From Octopus sinensis (taxonomy: Eukaryota), in contig NC_043010.1 of assembly GCF_006345805.1 (NCBI RefSeq), positions 32,860,001 to 32,924,000 on the forward strand: DNA of 64,000 bases, in the 5' to 3' direction. Below are positions 40,440 to 53,774 of the stretch, piece after piece. Every line of letters begins with the position of its first letter. The first letter of the stretch is position 1. The notes under the pieces are model-generated. The model was not told the origin of the DNA. It did no database searches and saw nothing but the letters and a program-made list of their open reading frames with translations. The translations under genes were made by a program, and so were the position numbers.

Positions 40440-42040
40440 AAAATTATGGACCACTTCTGTTTGGCTGCGCCTGTGGAAATTTCCAAGTTTAGCGAAAAAT
40501 TTTTAATTTGGTGTATTGATGTAATTGTTCACGCTGAATCTCAGGAGAATTTCTTGAAATTTTTCCTGATAATTTTTTTTAAAGAGTTACTGAGGTTTAA
40601 AGTTTGATCCTTTTTACCCAGTCAGAATAGAAGCACGCGTTGTAAACAAATGAAATATTGGCGGAATTCTGCTTTACGCACGCCATATAATCCCTCATAA
40701 CTTGTTTAGTTTTTGAAATTTTCAGACAATTGTTTTCGAATTTTTTTTTCACATACAAGAATTCATACGATTATGCTAAAAAAAATTTTGGTGCGTGGTT
40801 TAAAGCCTATTTAGCTGTTATTTTTAGCACACCTCACGATCAACGAAACATGACCACGTGCCTTGACAGGACCACAACAGAGGGATAAGCAGCTTAGTAA
40901 CAGCTTGGCTTGTTGCTATGTAAGCAGGCACCTATATGTCTGTGATTTTTGATTGGCTAAAATTACCCAAAATTTACAAACTTTAAAAGCTATTAACTCT
41001 TTATTTATTAATTTATGGTGAAAGTGAATTTCATGTCAATGATTACCATACAAATCTACATCAAATGACCCAATATGAAATCTATTGGAACAAACATTCA
41101 AGAAATTCAAAAACGGCAGTCAAATAGAAAAGATCCAAATTCATTTAATGCATTAAAATATATAATTACTTCAATTGAGGTATACATTTTCATCCTTAAT
41201 TTGTGCACGCATGCACACGTATGTGTATCGGGTAATGTAATCGGGAGTTTGGAGAGTAGAGGTACACGTAACACAAGTCGACGGAATTGATGCTCAAAGT
41301 TAATTTCTATAAATTCGTTCTGGCAATAAAACGTAAATAGGGAGTTCTAGTGGGATCTTTTCTGTTTGGTTGCCAGCGTCAATTTTCTATTCAAATTGAT
41401 TTCATATTCAGTGTAATGATACACTTTTATAGACTAAGTAATGACGTGAAAGTAATTTTCGCAATAAATCAATAAATAAAAAGTTATTAGTAATTAAAGT
41501 TTGAAAATTTTGGTAATTTTAGCTAATCGTAAGTCACAGACACATTCATGCCTGTTTCGATAGTAAGAAGCGGAACATGAGAACTCTTTTGTCTCTCAAC
41601 GTACATGTTGCCATAGTAACAAGCGAATCCGAGCAGTCTTTGAAAAGTCTTTCATCTGCAAGGAAGCAGGTGTTGACAAATTTGACGCTGTGTTCTGTGT
41701 AATAATGGCAGCAAGCTCCGGTAACTTCGCTTCTATTATGGAAACGTTGAAAACAGAAGAGGACATTTTAAAAATAAAAGCCGAAAGTTTACAAATATTG
41801 ACAACCAGTGCTAAATTCAAGATGTTGACAACAAAATGTGCAGTCACGCACAAAATGACAGCTTCCAAGTCCTGTTTCTTGACTGGGTGAAAATAATCAA
41901 ACTTTAAAACTCTATAACTTTTTAAAAACATTTTCCTCGAAAAAAATGAAATAACTCCAGCAATTTTTATTTGGCCAAGTGTATTATTGATCCAAATTTT
42001 AAAATTTTCAGTAAGCTTTCATTTTTTGGAGCCACTGACA
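40440..42040. mobile_element. Decayed foldback / long-TIR DNA element
   Basis: Inverted pairs 40545-40610 vs 41895-41960 and ~40955-41090 vs ~41390-41530. Confidence 0.55.
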
Positions 42041-42736
42041 ACCGCTAGTTGAACTATTGATACAATAGACCAGATTTTATCTTTTCATTGTTGCATCTAT
42101 AATCGCAGCTGTTGTAGTAGTTGTTATTGTTTATGTTGTAGCTATTGTTGTTATTGTTTATCTCCATATCAGCACCGATCCAGCTCACCTATGATTAACG
42201 GCTTTCGATTGGTAACAATCCTGTGTTCTTGGAGGGTTTTATTTATTTATTCATTAATTTGTCTTACTCTACAATATGCGATGTAACCATTTGTTTTATG
42301 AGAACGTGGCATGATTTGAGAGATAGCTGGTTACTATTTCCAGCAAGTCAAACGACCACAAGGTCGGGCTAGAGATGACTGTCTTGTGTCTGTGGTCCAG
42401 TTTTCAAAATCTAGGTCACCATGAAAAATAGAAACTGCGGTAAGTTTTTATCAATTTTAAAGATTTTCCTTTTTGTTAATGATTACAGGGTGTGGTACAA
42501 CTCTATTTGCTTAATATTGTGCCTCTATACTATTCAATAAGACTGTGCTTTCCAGTCCCCATTAAAGAAAGCTCTCAAGGTCATTGTTCTATTGTTCAGT
42601 TTATATCTACTGTGAGATGTAAATCTCACGTTGCGGAAGCTATTGTAGTGGTTACTAAGGAGGGAAGGTGAGATATTTAAAGTATTGAAAGAGGTGATTA
42701 TTAGCAACCTTGCATACACATACACACACACACACA

Positions 42737-42811
<75 letters not shown>

Positions 42812-43138
42812 ATATATATATTATATAATATATATATATATACACACACACACACAATACACACTTATATGTATGCATATGTATGTGTGTGTGTATGTGT
42901 GTGTGTATGTACACATATATACATACATACATAAATGTGTGTGTGTGTTTATATATATATATATATAAGACGGTAGTCTAGCATGGCCGCAGTCAAGTGA
43001 CTGAAACAAGTAAAAGAATATATATACGCACAAATATACATACGTACATATATACACACATACATACATGTATTCACACACATACATGCATGCATACATA
43101 CATACATACATACATACATACATACATACATACATACA

Positions 43139-43171
<33 letters not shown>

Positions 43172-43239
43172 TCCATTCATTCGACTAAAATTCCTCAAAG
43201 TTCCCCAGTATGGTACAGTCTAATGACTGAAACAAGGAA

Positions 43240-43270
<31 letters not shown>

Positions 43271-43663
43271 AGAATGAATGTTTTTATATATAATGAACGT
43301 GAAATACAGGAAGGGACGAACACGGAACACAGACAAATCATTCGAAGCCTTCAATCTTCAGTCAGACACCGAATCATCATAGCAAATTTCGGCTGTTCAA
43401 TTCTGATATTTGCTCCAACTCGGCAGCCCCAAGAAAAAAAACTAAGCTGTAAGCATTAGATTTCTTGGTAGAAGACAGGAATGTGAACGCACAAGACGGA
43501 TGTGAATACAAGAGACGAAAACGAAATTGAAAACAGTAATGAATAAACAAAATATATAACGGTGGTTGTCATACGACTTTAGACCAAATGAGACAAAACA
43601 ACAACAACATAGCAGCTGGCGTAGAAATAATTACCGTTTCGGTAGCGGGGACACATATGTATG

Positions 43664-43709
<46 letters not shown>

Positions 43710-43803
43710 TAATCCAAACAAGAAAACAAAAAAACACAACAACGCGAGGACGTGGAACAAATAAAGTATTATTGGACGCTCAGGAAAGAAGGGAAAAAGG
43801 AGG

Positions 43804-43838
43804 GTTTAACGTTTCGAGCGGAGCTCTTCGTCGGAAAC
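43804..43838 (-). ncRNA. Minimal type I hammerhead-like motif (U4C variant)
   Basis: Minus strand GTTT-CCGACGA-A-GAGC-TCC-GCTC-GAAAC-GTT-AAAC: 4-bp stem I, 4-bp stem II and palindromic AACGTT stem III. Confidence 0.45.
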
Positions 43839-45004
43839 ATAGGAGAAGGAAAGATCCCGAGAAGGGAAGACAGAGGAAAAAAATCGCCAGCGGTACTCAC
43901 GAGGTCAATATGCATACATATATATATATATATTAAGGCGGTGCTCCGGCATGGCTGTAGTCAGATTTCCTAACCACATGGTTCCGGGTTCAGTGCACTA
44001 GGTGGCATCTTGGGCAAGTGTCTTCTACTGTAGCCTTTTGCCTACGAAAGCCTTGTGGGTGGATTTGATTGATGGAAACTGAAAGAAGCCAGTCGTATGT
44101 GTGTCTGTGTATTTGTGTGTGTCTGTGTTTGTACCACCCCCCACTATAGCTTGACAACCGATGATGGTGTGTTTACATCCCCATAACCTAGCGGTTCGGC
44201 CAAAGGTTCCGATAGAATATAAATGTACTTTTGCACAATACAGTGAGAATGAATTTTGAGTAATCGTTCACTTAATTTAATTTACTTTTAGGTATGGATG
44301 ACCTAAGTATACATTTAACTTCCCCATTCTTATAAACACCAAGTAGATAGCCAACTCGCTTTGTGATCATGAGTACGCCAAACCTCACGTGTGCGTATGT
44401 TCACGTTTTTGCGGGTGCTTGTATGAGCGAGTGTACTTGCGCCATGCAGCTTGTCCGAGGGCGTTTATCCCTTTAGTGTTTAAACCGGCCACATCTGGCC
44501 CAGATATTCTACTTGTTTTATATTTGAACTAGCCATATCTAACCTCTCACACCTAACCTACATTGACATTCTAAAAATAAGCAATCACATCATTGAAACC
44601 TCAAAGCTGTAAGACAATGCATGAGTAATTCAAAACAATTTGAGTGGAAAAGTATTACATTTAACAGAGTAATCTGAACCCTTAAGGTTATACATCCATA
44701 TCTGTTAACGGTTATTTTTAATACTTTTCTCGCTGGATTGCGTGTTCGTATCTCTTTTTACCATCCGTAATTTTATTTTTGATTTTCTATATAAATGAAG
44801 CTAGTTCCTCCGTCTGGCTGCTTTTCTCACTACAAAACGGAAAGTTACATTGCGGAACAATCATTTTAACGACTTGTATTTATTTATCATCCGACGAGAT
44901 ACATCTGCACCACCGGATGCTCTTGAACCAGTGGTTGAGTGTCCAACCCATGAGGAATCGATGCTAGACGTGTCGAAGCAATTGTCGTGATTAATAATAA
45001 ATTC

Positions 45005-45582
45005 TCGTATATTCCATCTTTCGTCTTTCTTTTGCCATATATATGTATAGGAAATCGACGATCTCGTAAACCCTCTTTGAACTGTCTATTGATATAATAA
45101 TCGGAAAGGGGTGAGATCTAGGCTGTAGACGGAGTTCCAGCACCTCAAAACCCAATTGTTTAATAGTTTCAACGGTCTGGGTGGCCGTGTGTAAGCGTGC
45201 ATTGTCATGTAACAACAAAACTTTCTTCTACAATACGCTTTGGCGTTTCGTGCGAATTGCTGGCTTCAGTTTGTTGGCCAGCAAAGCACTGTATCTTGCA
45301 CTATTGCTCGCACATCCCTTTTCCTGGTAGTCTTCCAGTATAGGCCATTTTGAGTCACCAAAAATATTTAACATCACCTTTCCTGCGGAAGACTGAGTTT
45401 TGAATTTCTTCGTCGCTGGCGAACCAGATGTTTCCACTCCATACTCTGTCTTTTGGATTCTGCTCATAATGATGGACCCAAGTTCTATCTCCTGTGACTA
45501 TTCTGTTCAAAAGTTCCTCGCCTTCATTGTTGGGTGATTGGGTAAACGTTGGCAGACCTCAAGATGTTTGCGCTTGTGCTCC
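45005..45582 (-). mobile_element. Truncated mariner transposase relic
   Basis: EHKRKHLEVCQRL..NRIVTGD.TWVHHYE, FKTQSSAGKVML and LLHDNARLHTA across frameshifts. Confidence 0.85.
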
Positions 45583-47530
45583 TAGTTGACATGGAGATAA
45601 GTAAATCTCGTATCCACTGAAAATGGGCATGAGCGCTAGTCGGTCGGAGAGTCTACTTTCACTGATTAACACTACATCTAAACTTAGTGACCTGAGGTCA
45701 TTGAATAGGTGACCCTGTTTCGAAAGCCACCCCTGGTCACGTGCATTTATACTGTCTATTCTGAGCAAGGCCGTGTTTGCCAGAGAGAAGGAGAATAAAG
45801 AGAATCAGTTATCCTATTTCTGTGAAGAGACAGATATTCTATCTTTCTGCCCATTTGTGGGTATCTCCACAGCATGACTTTGTAGAGTTTTTTTTTATGG
45901 TCAAACGGAAATCCCCTTTTCCTTGTGGATATTTTGTTTTCACTTCTTCATAAGTTTATTGCGTTGTTTTTTATAACTTTTATGTGAATGCAGGGGAGCG
46001 ATGCATCGATTTCTAGTAATGTCTGTAATTTTTAATATGTTTTATTAAGTTCTTGTTGTTTGTGTCTACGGCCTTGTAATTGATGGCGTCATGGGAGTGT
46101 TGTTCATGTTGGCCTCAATTGCATTGTGTTTTCGTTTGTTGAAGTGTTTGTAATGTTGGTAGTGTTTGTAGCGTTGGAGATGCTTGTAACTGCGTTGCTG
46201 TAGGGTGTGTGGATGTGTGATGGTTTATTGGCTCCTGTATCTCCTCTTCTGATTACTTTACTGCACTTTTCATTTTCTAAGTTTTTTCCTTTTTACCAAG
46301 ATCCATTCTGGTGAATTTCCAGGAAGTTTTCCTTGCTAGAAGAGTTTTCACACTCAGAAAAATCTGTGGTGGACGGAGAAGTATCTCTGCACAGTCGCAC
46401 ATTTCGAGGCTGGAGGTCTGGTTGACTGGGGTGGGTGAGGCTTCTCTCAGTTGCAATGGTGTTGGAATTTTCGTTTTCATCGGTGTGGTATTGGTGCTTG
46501 CTGCTATGTTAAATGGATTTCTCCTGCTGCTCTTTCTGTTGATGCTGTTGTTGTTTTGCGTTTGGGTGGTGCAACAGCACTTAGCACGGATATTGTTGGT
46601 GCTAGTGTTGGTGCTGCTGCTGCTGCTGCGGCTTTTGCTGCTGTTGTTGTGTAAGGGGTTTCTGCAGTAGCGGGGTTTTTTTTTGTAATTTTTACTTTGC
46701 ATGGAGCAGAAAGCCTTTAAATGGTTTGTTTTGCCACAAATGTAGAACCACAGCTTTCGGCCTTCTGCTCTTACAAATAACTGTGTTCCATCAGGACGAT
46801 TGATCAAGTCAGGGATGACTTCGATATTACATATCGGCGGGTACCACAATTTCATGCTCACAATTCTTCTTTCCCATTTTGTAAACTTGCAGAATTATCA
46901 TTTTGTCTTCTATGCCATATAATACGACTGCTATCAACAAAGAGATACGTCGGAATAAGCCATAATTCCTCACGTTTGAGGGTCGTTGTGACATTTTCAT
47001 TGTCTAACTCTTCAGTTAAGAATCTTACCTCAGCAGTGCCAAAGCGTCTCCCACGAGCAACATAAGTTTTTAAACCCCAGACCGGTCTCGGGCATCTTTC
47101 CGATCTGGCCCTGCGTCGCTCGCTCCGGTCGCCACGTCTTTAATGGTATACATTTATATATAATGGTTTTTCCTGAGTGTCTTCTTGCACTTCCAACGAT
47201 ATATTAAGGAAGACTGTTCTGCCATTATTTGTTAAGTGCAGGTTTAATTGCACATTTTTTTGTACCCGCTCGACTTTTTCCATATTCCGACAAAGTTGTG
47301 CGAAACCGTTCCCATTCTGCTTAGAAGCAAGAACGGCCGCTGGTGTCGTTTTTACTAATGCTTGAAATAGTGGTGGTTGTGGTGGTGGTGGTGGTGGTGG
47401 CGGCGGCGGCGGTGGTGGTGTGAACGGGTATTTAGTTAACAGTTTAACAAAACTTGGAATACCAACTAATAAAACAGCAAATTCTAAAGAAAACTTACAA
47501 GCCATGAACGCGCATCTTCTTGCTTCAGTC
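45583..47530 (-). mobile_element. 5' half of an APE-type LINE: ORF1 (zinc knuckle) plus start of ORF2 endonuclease
   Basis: WGFKTYVARGRRFGTAEVRF..WLIPTYL (~46930-47090), ICGKTNHLKAFC knuckle (ORF 46277-46861), and APE start MLRIDSINARDQG..DLRSLSLDVVLISE (45583-45768). Confidence 0.8.
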
Positions 47531-47532
47531 AC

Positions 47533-47533
47533 A

Positions 47534-47606
<73 letters not shown>

Positions 47607-47620
47607 TAATAATAATAATA

Positions 47621-47680
<60 letters not shown>
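47533..47680. repeat. (AAT)n microsatellite
   Basis: Near-perfect trinucleotide tract. Confidence 0.95.
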
Positions 47681-47683
<3 letters not shown>

Positions 47684-48189
47684 TGATTGGAAGTGTTATC
47701 ATGTACATTGTTTTGTCTTGGTATAAAAGATGGGCTACAGCAAATATTCTGCTCAATACCAGAGATTTGCTTGTCAGTTGTTTGACCTTAACCAGTTGAG
47801 CATGTCCCTTAGTGGCTGACGATATGTGCATCTCTGATCACGAGCAGAAGTAGTGGGGGAGCATCATAGCCATGTGTTGAGAGGGATTCTTTGGGGTTTG
47901 AATAATTCACCTCTGAAAACATGGGGGGTTCTTTCAACATCCTTAAACAACCCTTATTCAGGGACCTTTTGAGCGGGATGGGCTACTCAACCTGAAGAAA
48001 ATTCTAACTGGGCCCCACCTGCAAGGTCATGTGCTGTTTATCTTGATATGAGATTACCATGTCGCGCACATATGGTTGTGATGCATGTGCCTGGTGTACC
48101 CTTATCAGACGGGTAGTCATGATGGGTATATTGGGCTTCGTATATTTTACCCCAGTGTCACTTTGATAGCATGCACTGCTCTCTCACTC
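47681..48189. repeat. Dispersed ~0.5-kb repeat, copy 2, inside (AAT)n
   Basis: Homologous to 1182-1655, with (AAT)n on both sides. Confidence 0.85.
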
Positions 48190-49234
48190 AATAATAATAA
48201 TAATAATAACTAGCGGGACACGTGAATATTTCACGGAATTAATGGTAAAACTATTGGGTTATTTCTGAAAACTTCATCCTAAATACCTGAAAGCTTATCC
48301 TGTGTTGTGTCTGTAAGGAAAGATAGTCGCTCATCTGTTACTCATTGAAAAGTGAAAGAAATTGAAATACGATGATTACTAAATGCACTTTATATATACA
48401 CTTTATTTACTTTATGCACAATTTTATAGACTTAATACACAGCTCTCATATTCACTCTTATTTTTCTCTTTTTCCCATAAACAAAAAAATATCCCGTACA
48501 TATGATACAACCTTTAGTTAATATGTCACGTAAATAAGCATGAATATTTCGCGACATTGCGCTTATGCGCGTGCGTTAAGTGATAGGTAGTATAAAAAAC
48601 TTGGTTCAATTAACAAAAATACACTTTTCACTATCCAATCACCACCGCCACCTCCACCACTACTACCGCCATCTCCACCACCACCACCACCACCATCTTC
48701 TCTCTTTCCCCTCTCTCTTCTCCCTCTCCCTTTTCTATCTCTCTCTCCCTTTTCTCTCTCTCCCCTCTTCTCTCTCTCCCCTCTTCTCTCTCTCCCCCTT
48801 CTCTCTCTCCCCCTTCTCTCTCTCCCCTCTTCTCTCTCCCCCTCTCTCTCTACCTTTCTTTAACCTCCCCATCAGAACCTCACCCTTCTGCTAAAATTAT
48901 ATTTTTAACTGTCTTCTACTTTTAACTAACTTTTTTAATCGCGTAATAAATATTACATTCCCTCTACCTTATGTCATGGACGCTTGTCTCACCCTCTTTC
49001 TGTCTCTCTCTTTGCCTTATCCTCTTTTCTCTCTCCTTTTCTTTCTCCTCTATTCCCCTTCAGCTAATCACGTGAAAACATTACAATTACATTCCCTCTG
49101 CATCACGTCATAGAGGCTTCGCTCTCTCTTTTTCTCCCTCCCTCTTTCTTTCTCCCACTTTCTCTCTCTCCCTCTTTTCTCTCTCCCTCTTTTACTCTAA
49201 TCTCGTGAAAGTGTTACCAACGGGCTAAGTAATG

Positions 49235-49445
49235 CAGTGACAAGCAGAGTTATTGTAAGATCCTTCCTACTATAAGCACAAGGCTTGAGATTTTGGGAGA
49301 AGAGCCAGTCAATCACATCGACCTCAATGCGTAACTGGTACTTAATTTATCGACTCAGGTGGCATTTGAACTCAGAACACGAAGACAGACGAAATACCGC
49401 TAAACATTTCGCCCGGTGTGCTAATGATTCTGCCCGCTTGCCGCC
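49235..49445 (-). mobile_element. SINE family A, internally deleted copy
   Basis: Reverse complement of the GGCGAAATGTTTAGCGGTATTTCGTCT..GAGTTCAAAT head. Confidence 0.7.
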
Positions 49446-49467
49446 TTTATAATAATAATAATCATAA

Positions 49468-49568
<101 letters not shown>

Positions 49569-49569
49569 C

Positions 49570-49617
<48 letters not shown>

Positions 49618-49731
49618 CAGCATATGTGAATTTGCGTGTGTAATCTGGGAATGCATACAATGAGCTTCTCTGCCCTAGGTGTACGGAAAACACCCGGCGA
49701 GAAATGGAAGAAAATTTGAAGAAAGAAGGAA

Positions 49732-49796
<65 letters not shown>

Positions 49797-49914
49797 TAAT
49801 TTTAAATGTTTAGAAAAATATACGACAAAATGTCTTGAGAAAAAAATAATGATACAGTTAGACTCAGAAAATTTACATAATAATAGATATAAATATGAGA
49901 TGTCAAATGTTTCT

Positions 49915-50505
49915 CCAGAGTGGTTTTCAAACCCGTTTTCTTTCGCAAACCCGTTGTTATTTTACAAACAGATTTTCAGACCCGTAAAGAGTTTTTATGT
50001 TGTTAATAGTTTTTCAGAAATTAATTTGATTTTTTTTTTAAATGCATTATACATTCTAAAAGAAGATGTGGGATCAAAGCAGAGTCAATGATTTGAATGA
50101 CACTGGTTCTGTTCTGTGTTAACTTCTTTGAAATTTTGTTTAACAGCAGACAGCTGCAATCCTTTATCTGCCTCAAAAGCCTTTATGTACGTGGTTGGAA
50201 AAGAGCAAGAAATACGCTATAGCTTTTTCTGATAGTTGTGAATAATTGACTTCATCGTCGTCGTTTAGCTCTGCCCTCTTCGTCGTCATCATCAGAATCT
50301 GTCTGGGTGAAAACCTAACGGAACACTGGTTCTTCGCTGCACACTTCCAACACGTTATAATGTATGCTAGAAAGCTTATTTTTTATGACAGTAGTAGTGG
50401 AATAAAGAAGGATAAGGTTGGCTTTTATTGTGAGCATGATTGCCAAAGATTTTATGTCTGTCTGAGGTCCTTGTTGTGACTTGACAAACACCACGAACCA
50501 CTGGT
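49915..50505 (-). mobile_element. Possible hAT (Charlie/Buster-type) relic
   Basis: Minus-strand YSQLSEKAIAYFLLFS/TTY (50187-50244) resembles the hAT C-terminal dimerisation motif. GAACCACTG near 50497-50505 resembles a CAGTGGTTC-type TIR. Confidence 0.45.
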
Positions 50506-50558
50506 AGACACAATATATTCAACCTACAACCTCACGATATTGTATACTGTGCGACGTC

Positions 50559-50630
<72 letters not shown>

Positions 50631-51904
50631 CCACTTCATAATCTTAATTTTAATTGGCAACAAAAGAAATCATACAAGAATTAAAACCTGATCTTACTGA
50701 GTTAAATGAAATTATTTAAGCATACGCTTAGGCAATTAAAACCCAGTTGTACGCCTCCGAAAAAAGAAAAAAAAAACAAAGAAAAAACCAAACCTTGGAA
50801 TAAATCTAAACTTGTGAAGTAAAACTAAAAAAAGGGATTGAATTAACGAGGTGAGAAATATCAATAATAAATTAACTAATCTTTGGAAATGATATAATAT
50901 CCAGAAAAGGAAGAAAGATGAAGAGAAGATATGGATCCATGCCAAGAGAGAAACGGATGTCAACAAAGTAAACACTGAAACAGAAGTCCATCATGTATGT
51001 GTGTGCATGTATGTACGTGTTGTGTGTGTGTGTGGAGGTATATATGTGCGTGCGTCTGTGTGTGTGAATGTGTATATGTATGTGTGCGTGCGTGTGTGTG
51101 CGTGTATGTATGCGTGTTTGTCTATGTACGTGTGTATATGTATGTGTGCGCATGTGTGTGTTGTATGTGTGTTGTGTGTGTGGAAGGTTGTGTGTGTGGA
51201 TGGCTGTGTGTGTGTGGAGGGTTGTGTGTGTGGAGGGCTGTGTGTGTGTGGAGGGTTGTGTGTGTGTGGAGGGTTGTGCGTGTGGAGGGTTGTATGTGTG
51301 GAGGATTGTGCCTGTGGAGGGTTGTGCGTGTGTGCGCATGTGTGTATTGTATGTGTGTTGTGTGTGTGGAGGTATATGTGCATTCATGTATGTGTGGGTG
51401 CGTTGTCTGAAGGGTGTGTGAATGGGTGGGTGTGGCTGTGTGAATGGGTGAAGGTGGTTATGTGTGTGTGTGTTGGCATGTATGCGTGGACGGTGTGAGA
51501 ATGTGTATGCGTGTGTGTGTGTGTGCTCATGTGTAGGTGGGTCTGTTTGTCTATGTGTGTATCTTTGTGTGTCATTGTGTCGCGTGCTCTCTCTCTCTCT
51601 CTTCTCTCTCTCTCTGTATAAATGTGTGCGTACCTATCTCTGTGTATCACTCTGTTACGTGTGTGTGTGGACGTGTATTACGTACGTGTGTATGAGTGTA
51701 TATTTGCGTATGTGTGCGCGTTGTGTGTGTGTTTTGTGTGTGGAGGTATGTGTGCGTTCGTGTGCGTGTGTGTGTGCTTGTGTGTGAGTGTGAGGGGAAG
51801 AGGGGTGGTGGTATGTGGTGTATGGTGTGTGTGTGGTGTGGTATAGGAACAGGAGATATAAAAATTTGAAAAAAAAATAATAAGTAGTACAAATAATACT
51901 AATA

Positions 51905-53143
51905 TTAGGTTGTACTGAAAATAATGGCCGCCCTAAGTGTTGTGTTTTGAAACGTAATCTTAATTATATTTCGTTATATTTTAGGTGAATTTCGACATGC
52001 TTAATAACTTTCTACTTATTTGAGACAGAAAACATTCTCGAAGCATAGGTGCTCTTAATTATGAACACGACAAAAAAGGACCTTCGCTTACTTTTCTTGC
52101 ATGAGTTCAAGCTTGGACACAATGCCTCCCAAACTGCTGCCAACATCAGCAGAGCATGGGGAGAGAAGTTCACAAGTGATCGCATAATACGAAGGCAGTT
52201 TCAGAAATTCCGTAGTGGTGATGACTCTTGAAGATGAAAAAGGTAGAGGACGGGCATGCAGTCTTAACAATGAACAATTTGTTGGACGAAACCCACGTAA
52301 AAGTGTCAGAGAAATGTCTCAGGCACTTAGTGTCGGTGTTGCAACGGTCTCACGTAGCCTGCAGAAGATTGGTACGGTGAAAAAGCTTGATAAATTGGTA
52401 CCGCATGAGCTCAACGAAAACCAAAAAGTTCGGCATCTTGAAGTGTGCTCGATGTTCTATCTGCGAAACACCAATGATCCTTTTCTTGACCGAATAGTCA
52501 CTTGTGATGAAAAGTGGACCCTTTATGATAGCTGTAAACGATAGGTCAATGGCTTCATCGTGGTGGGTCCCTCAAACATTTCCCAAAGCCAAAGTTGCAT
52601 CAGCAAAAGATTATGATGACTGACTGGTGGTCTGCAATTGTTGTCCATTACAGCTTTCTGGAAGCCAATCAGAGCATTACAGCAGAGGTTTATCGCAATC
52701 AACTCACTGAAATGCATGCTCACTTTCAAAAAATGAGGCCTGCCGTGGTGAATCGGCGTGGCCTAATTCTGCTCCACGATAATGCAAAGCCACATGTTAC
52801 AAGAATGACACTGCAGAAACTCAGACTTGGGATACGAGACTTTACCACATCCTCCATATTCTCCTTACCTTTCACCCACTGACTACCATTTTTTAAAGCA
52901 TTTAAACACGTTTTTAAGTGATAAAACTCTTAGGTCGAAACCAAAGGTGGAATCAGCTTTCAAAGATTTCTTAGCATCAAAGCCAATAAGTTTTTATCAA
53001 CGAGGCATACATTTTATCAACGATGGCAGAGATGCATAGATGTTCACGGCTTATACTTTGACTAATCAAAACATTTCTATTGTTAATTTTTCCAGAATAA
53101 AATTATGTATCTGAAATCGGCCATTATTTTCGGGACAACCTAA
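51905..53143 (+). mobile_element. Mariner transposon, cecropia (Hsmar1-like) subfamily, decayed
   Basis: TA-TTAGGTTGTACTGAAAATAATGGCC ... GGCCATTATTTTCGGGACAACCTAA TIRs. Fragmented transposase KDLRLLFLHEFKLGHNASQTA, VPHEL, VTCDEKW, LHDNA, HPPYSPYLSPTDY. Confidence 0.92.
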
Positions 53144-53278
53144 AAGTAAGTAGGAATTGGTAAAATAAAACCATGAAGGGAACAGATTGTATGAACAAAT
53201 CAGTGACGGAAATAAGTAAAACAAAATAAATAAAATAATTAAAATTAAAAAAATTAAAAAGTAGTGTGTTTGCGTGTG

Positions 53279-53323
<45 letters not shown>

Positions 53324-53434
53324 ATATATATATATATATATAAAATATTATTAGAGACAAAACCACTATTTTGCAAAACAAACAATGACAGACTTAATCA
53401 ATACATAAAATTTTAATAATAGTCAAAAAAACCG

Positions 53435-53477
53435 CCACTACAATCGTTTCTTGTCTTGATCGACAATCTTCAGGTGG
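53435..53477 (-). ncRNA. Type I hammerhead ribozyme motif (mirror copy)
   Basis: Exact reverse complement of 53512-53554. Confidence 0.8.
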
Positions 53478-53511
53478 ACTTCCAATAATTTGACACTGAA
53501 TTATTGGAAGT

Positions 53512-53554
53512 CCACCTGAAGATTGTCGATCAAGACAAGAAACGATTGTAGTGG
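53512..53554 (+). ncRNA. Type I hammerhead ribozyme motif
   Basis: CCAC-CTGAAGA-TTGTC-GATCAA-GACAA-GAAA-C-GATT-GTA-GTGG: intact catalytic core and stems I (4 bp), II (5 bp) and III (2 bp). Predicted cleavage after GUA (53550). Confidence 0.8.
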
Positions 53555-53728
53555 CGGTTTTTTGACTATTTATTAAAATTTTATGTATTGATTAAGTCTT
53601 TCATTGTTTGTTTTGCAAAATAGTGGTTTTGTCTCTAATAATATTTTATAATATTTTACTATAAAATCGATTTAATCCTAAATCTGATTTTTTTTCCCTG
53701 TAAATTTGGATTTATTCCCTAATATTAT

Positions 53729-53774
<46 letters not shown>

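Larger units (their letters stand above)
53339..53650. repeat. 312-bp near-perfect palindrome (152-bp arms, 8-nt loop)
   Basis: 53339-53490 is the reverse complement of 53499-53650, apart from one mismatch and two 1-bp indels. The loop is TGACACTG. Confidence 0.95.

Noticed and set aside
26690-43400. CTGATGA/CTGAAGA motifs in (TA)n-flanked repeats near 26735(-), 32395(-), 33545(+), 33780(-), 37357(+) and 43355(-)
   Set aside because: Each lacks a correctly placed GAAA or paired stems. They may be decayed pseudo-LTRs but cannot be called ribozymes.
50872-51892. Cys/Val-rich long ORFs resembling keratin-associated or metallothionein-like proteins
   Set aside because: Degenerate (GT)n/GTGTGGAGG minisatellite that is open in most frames.
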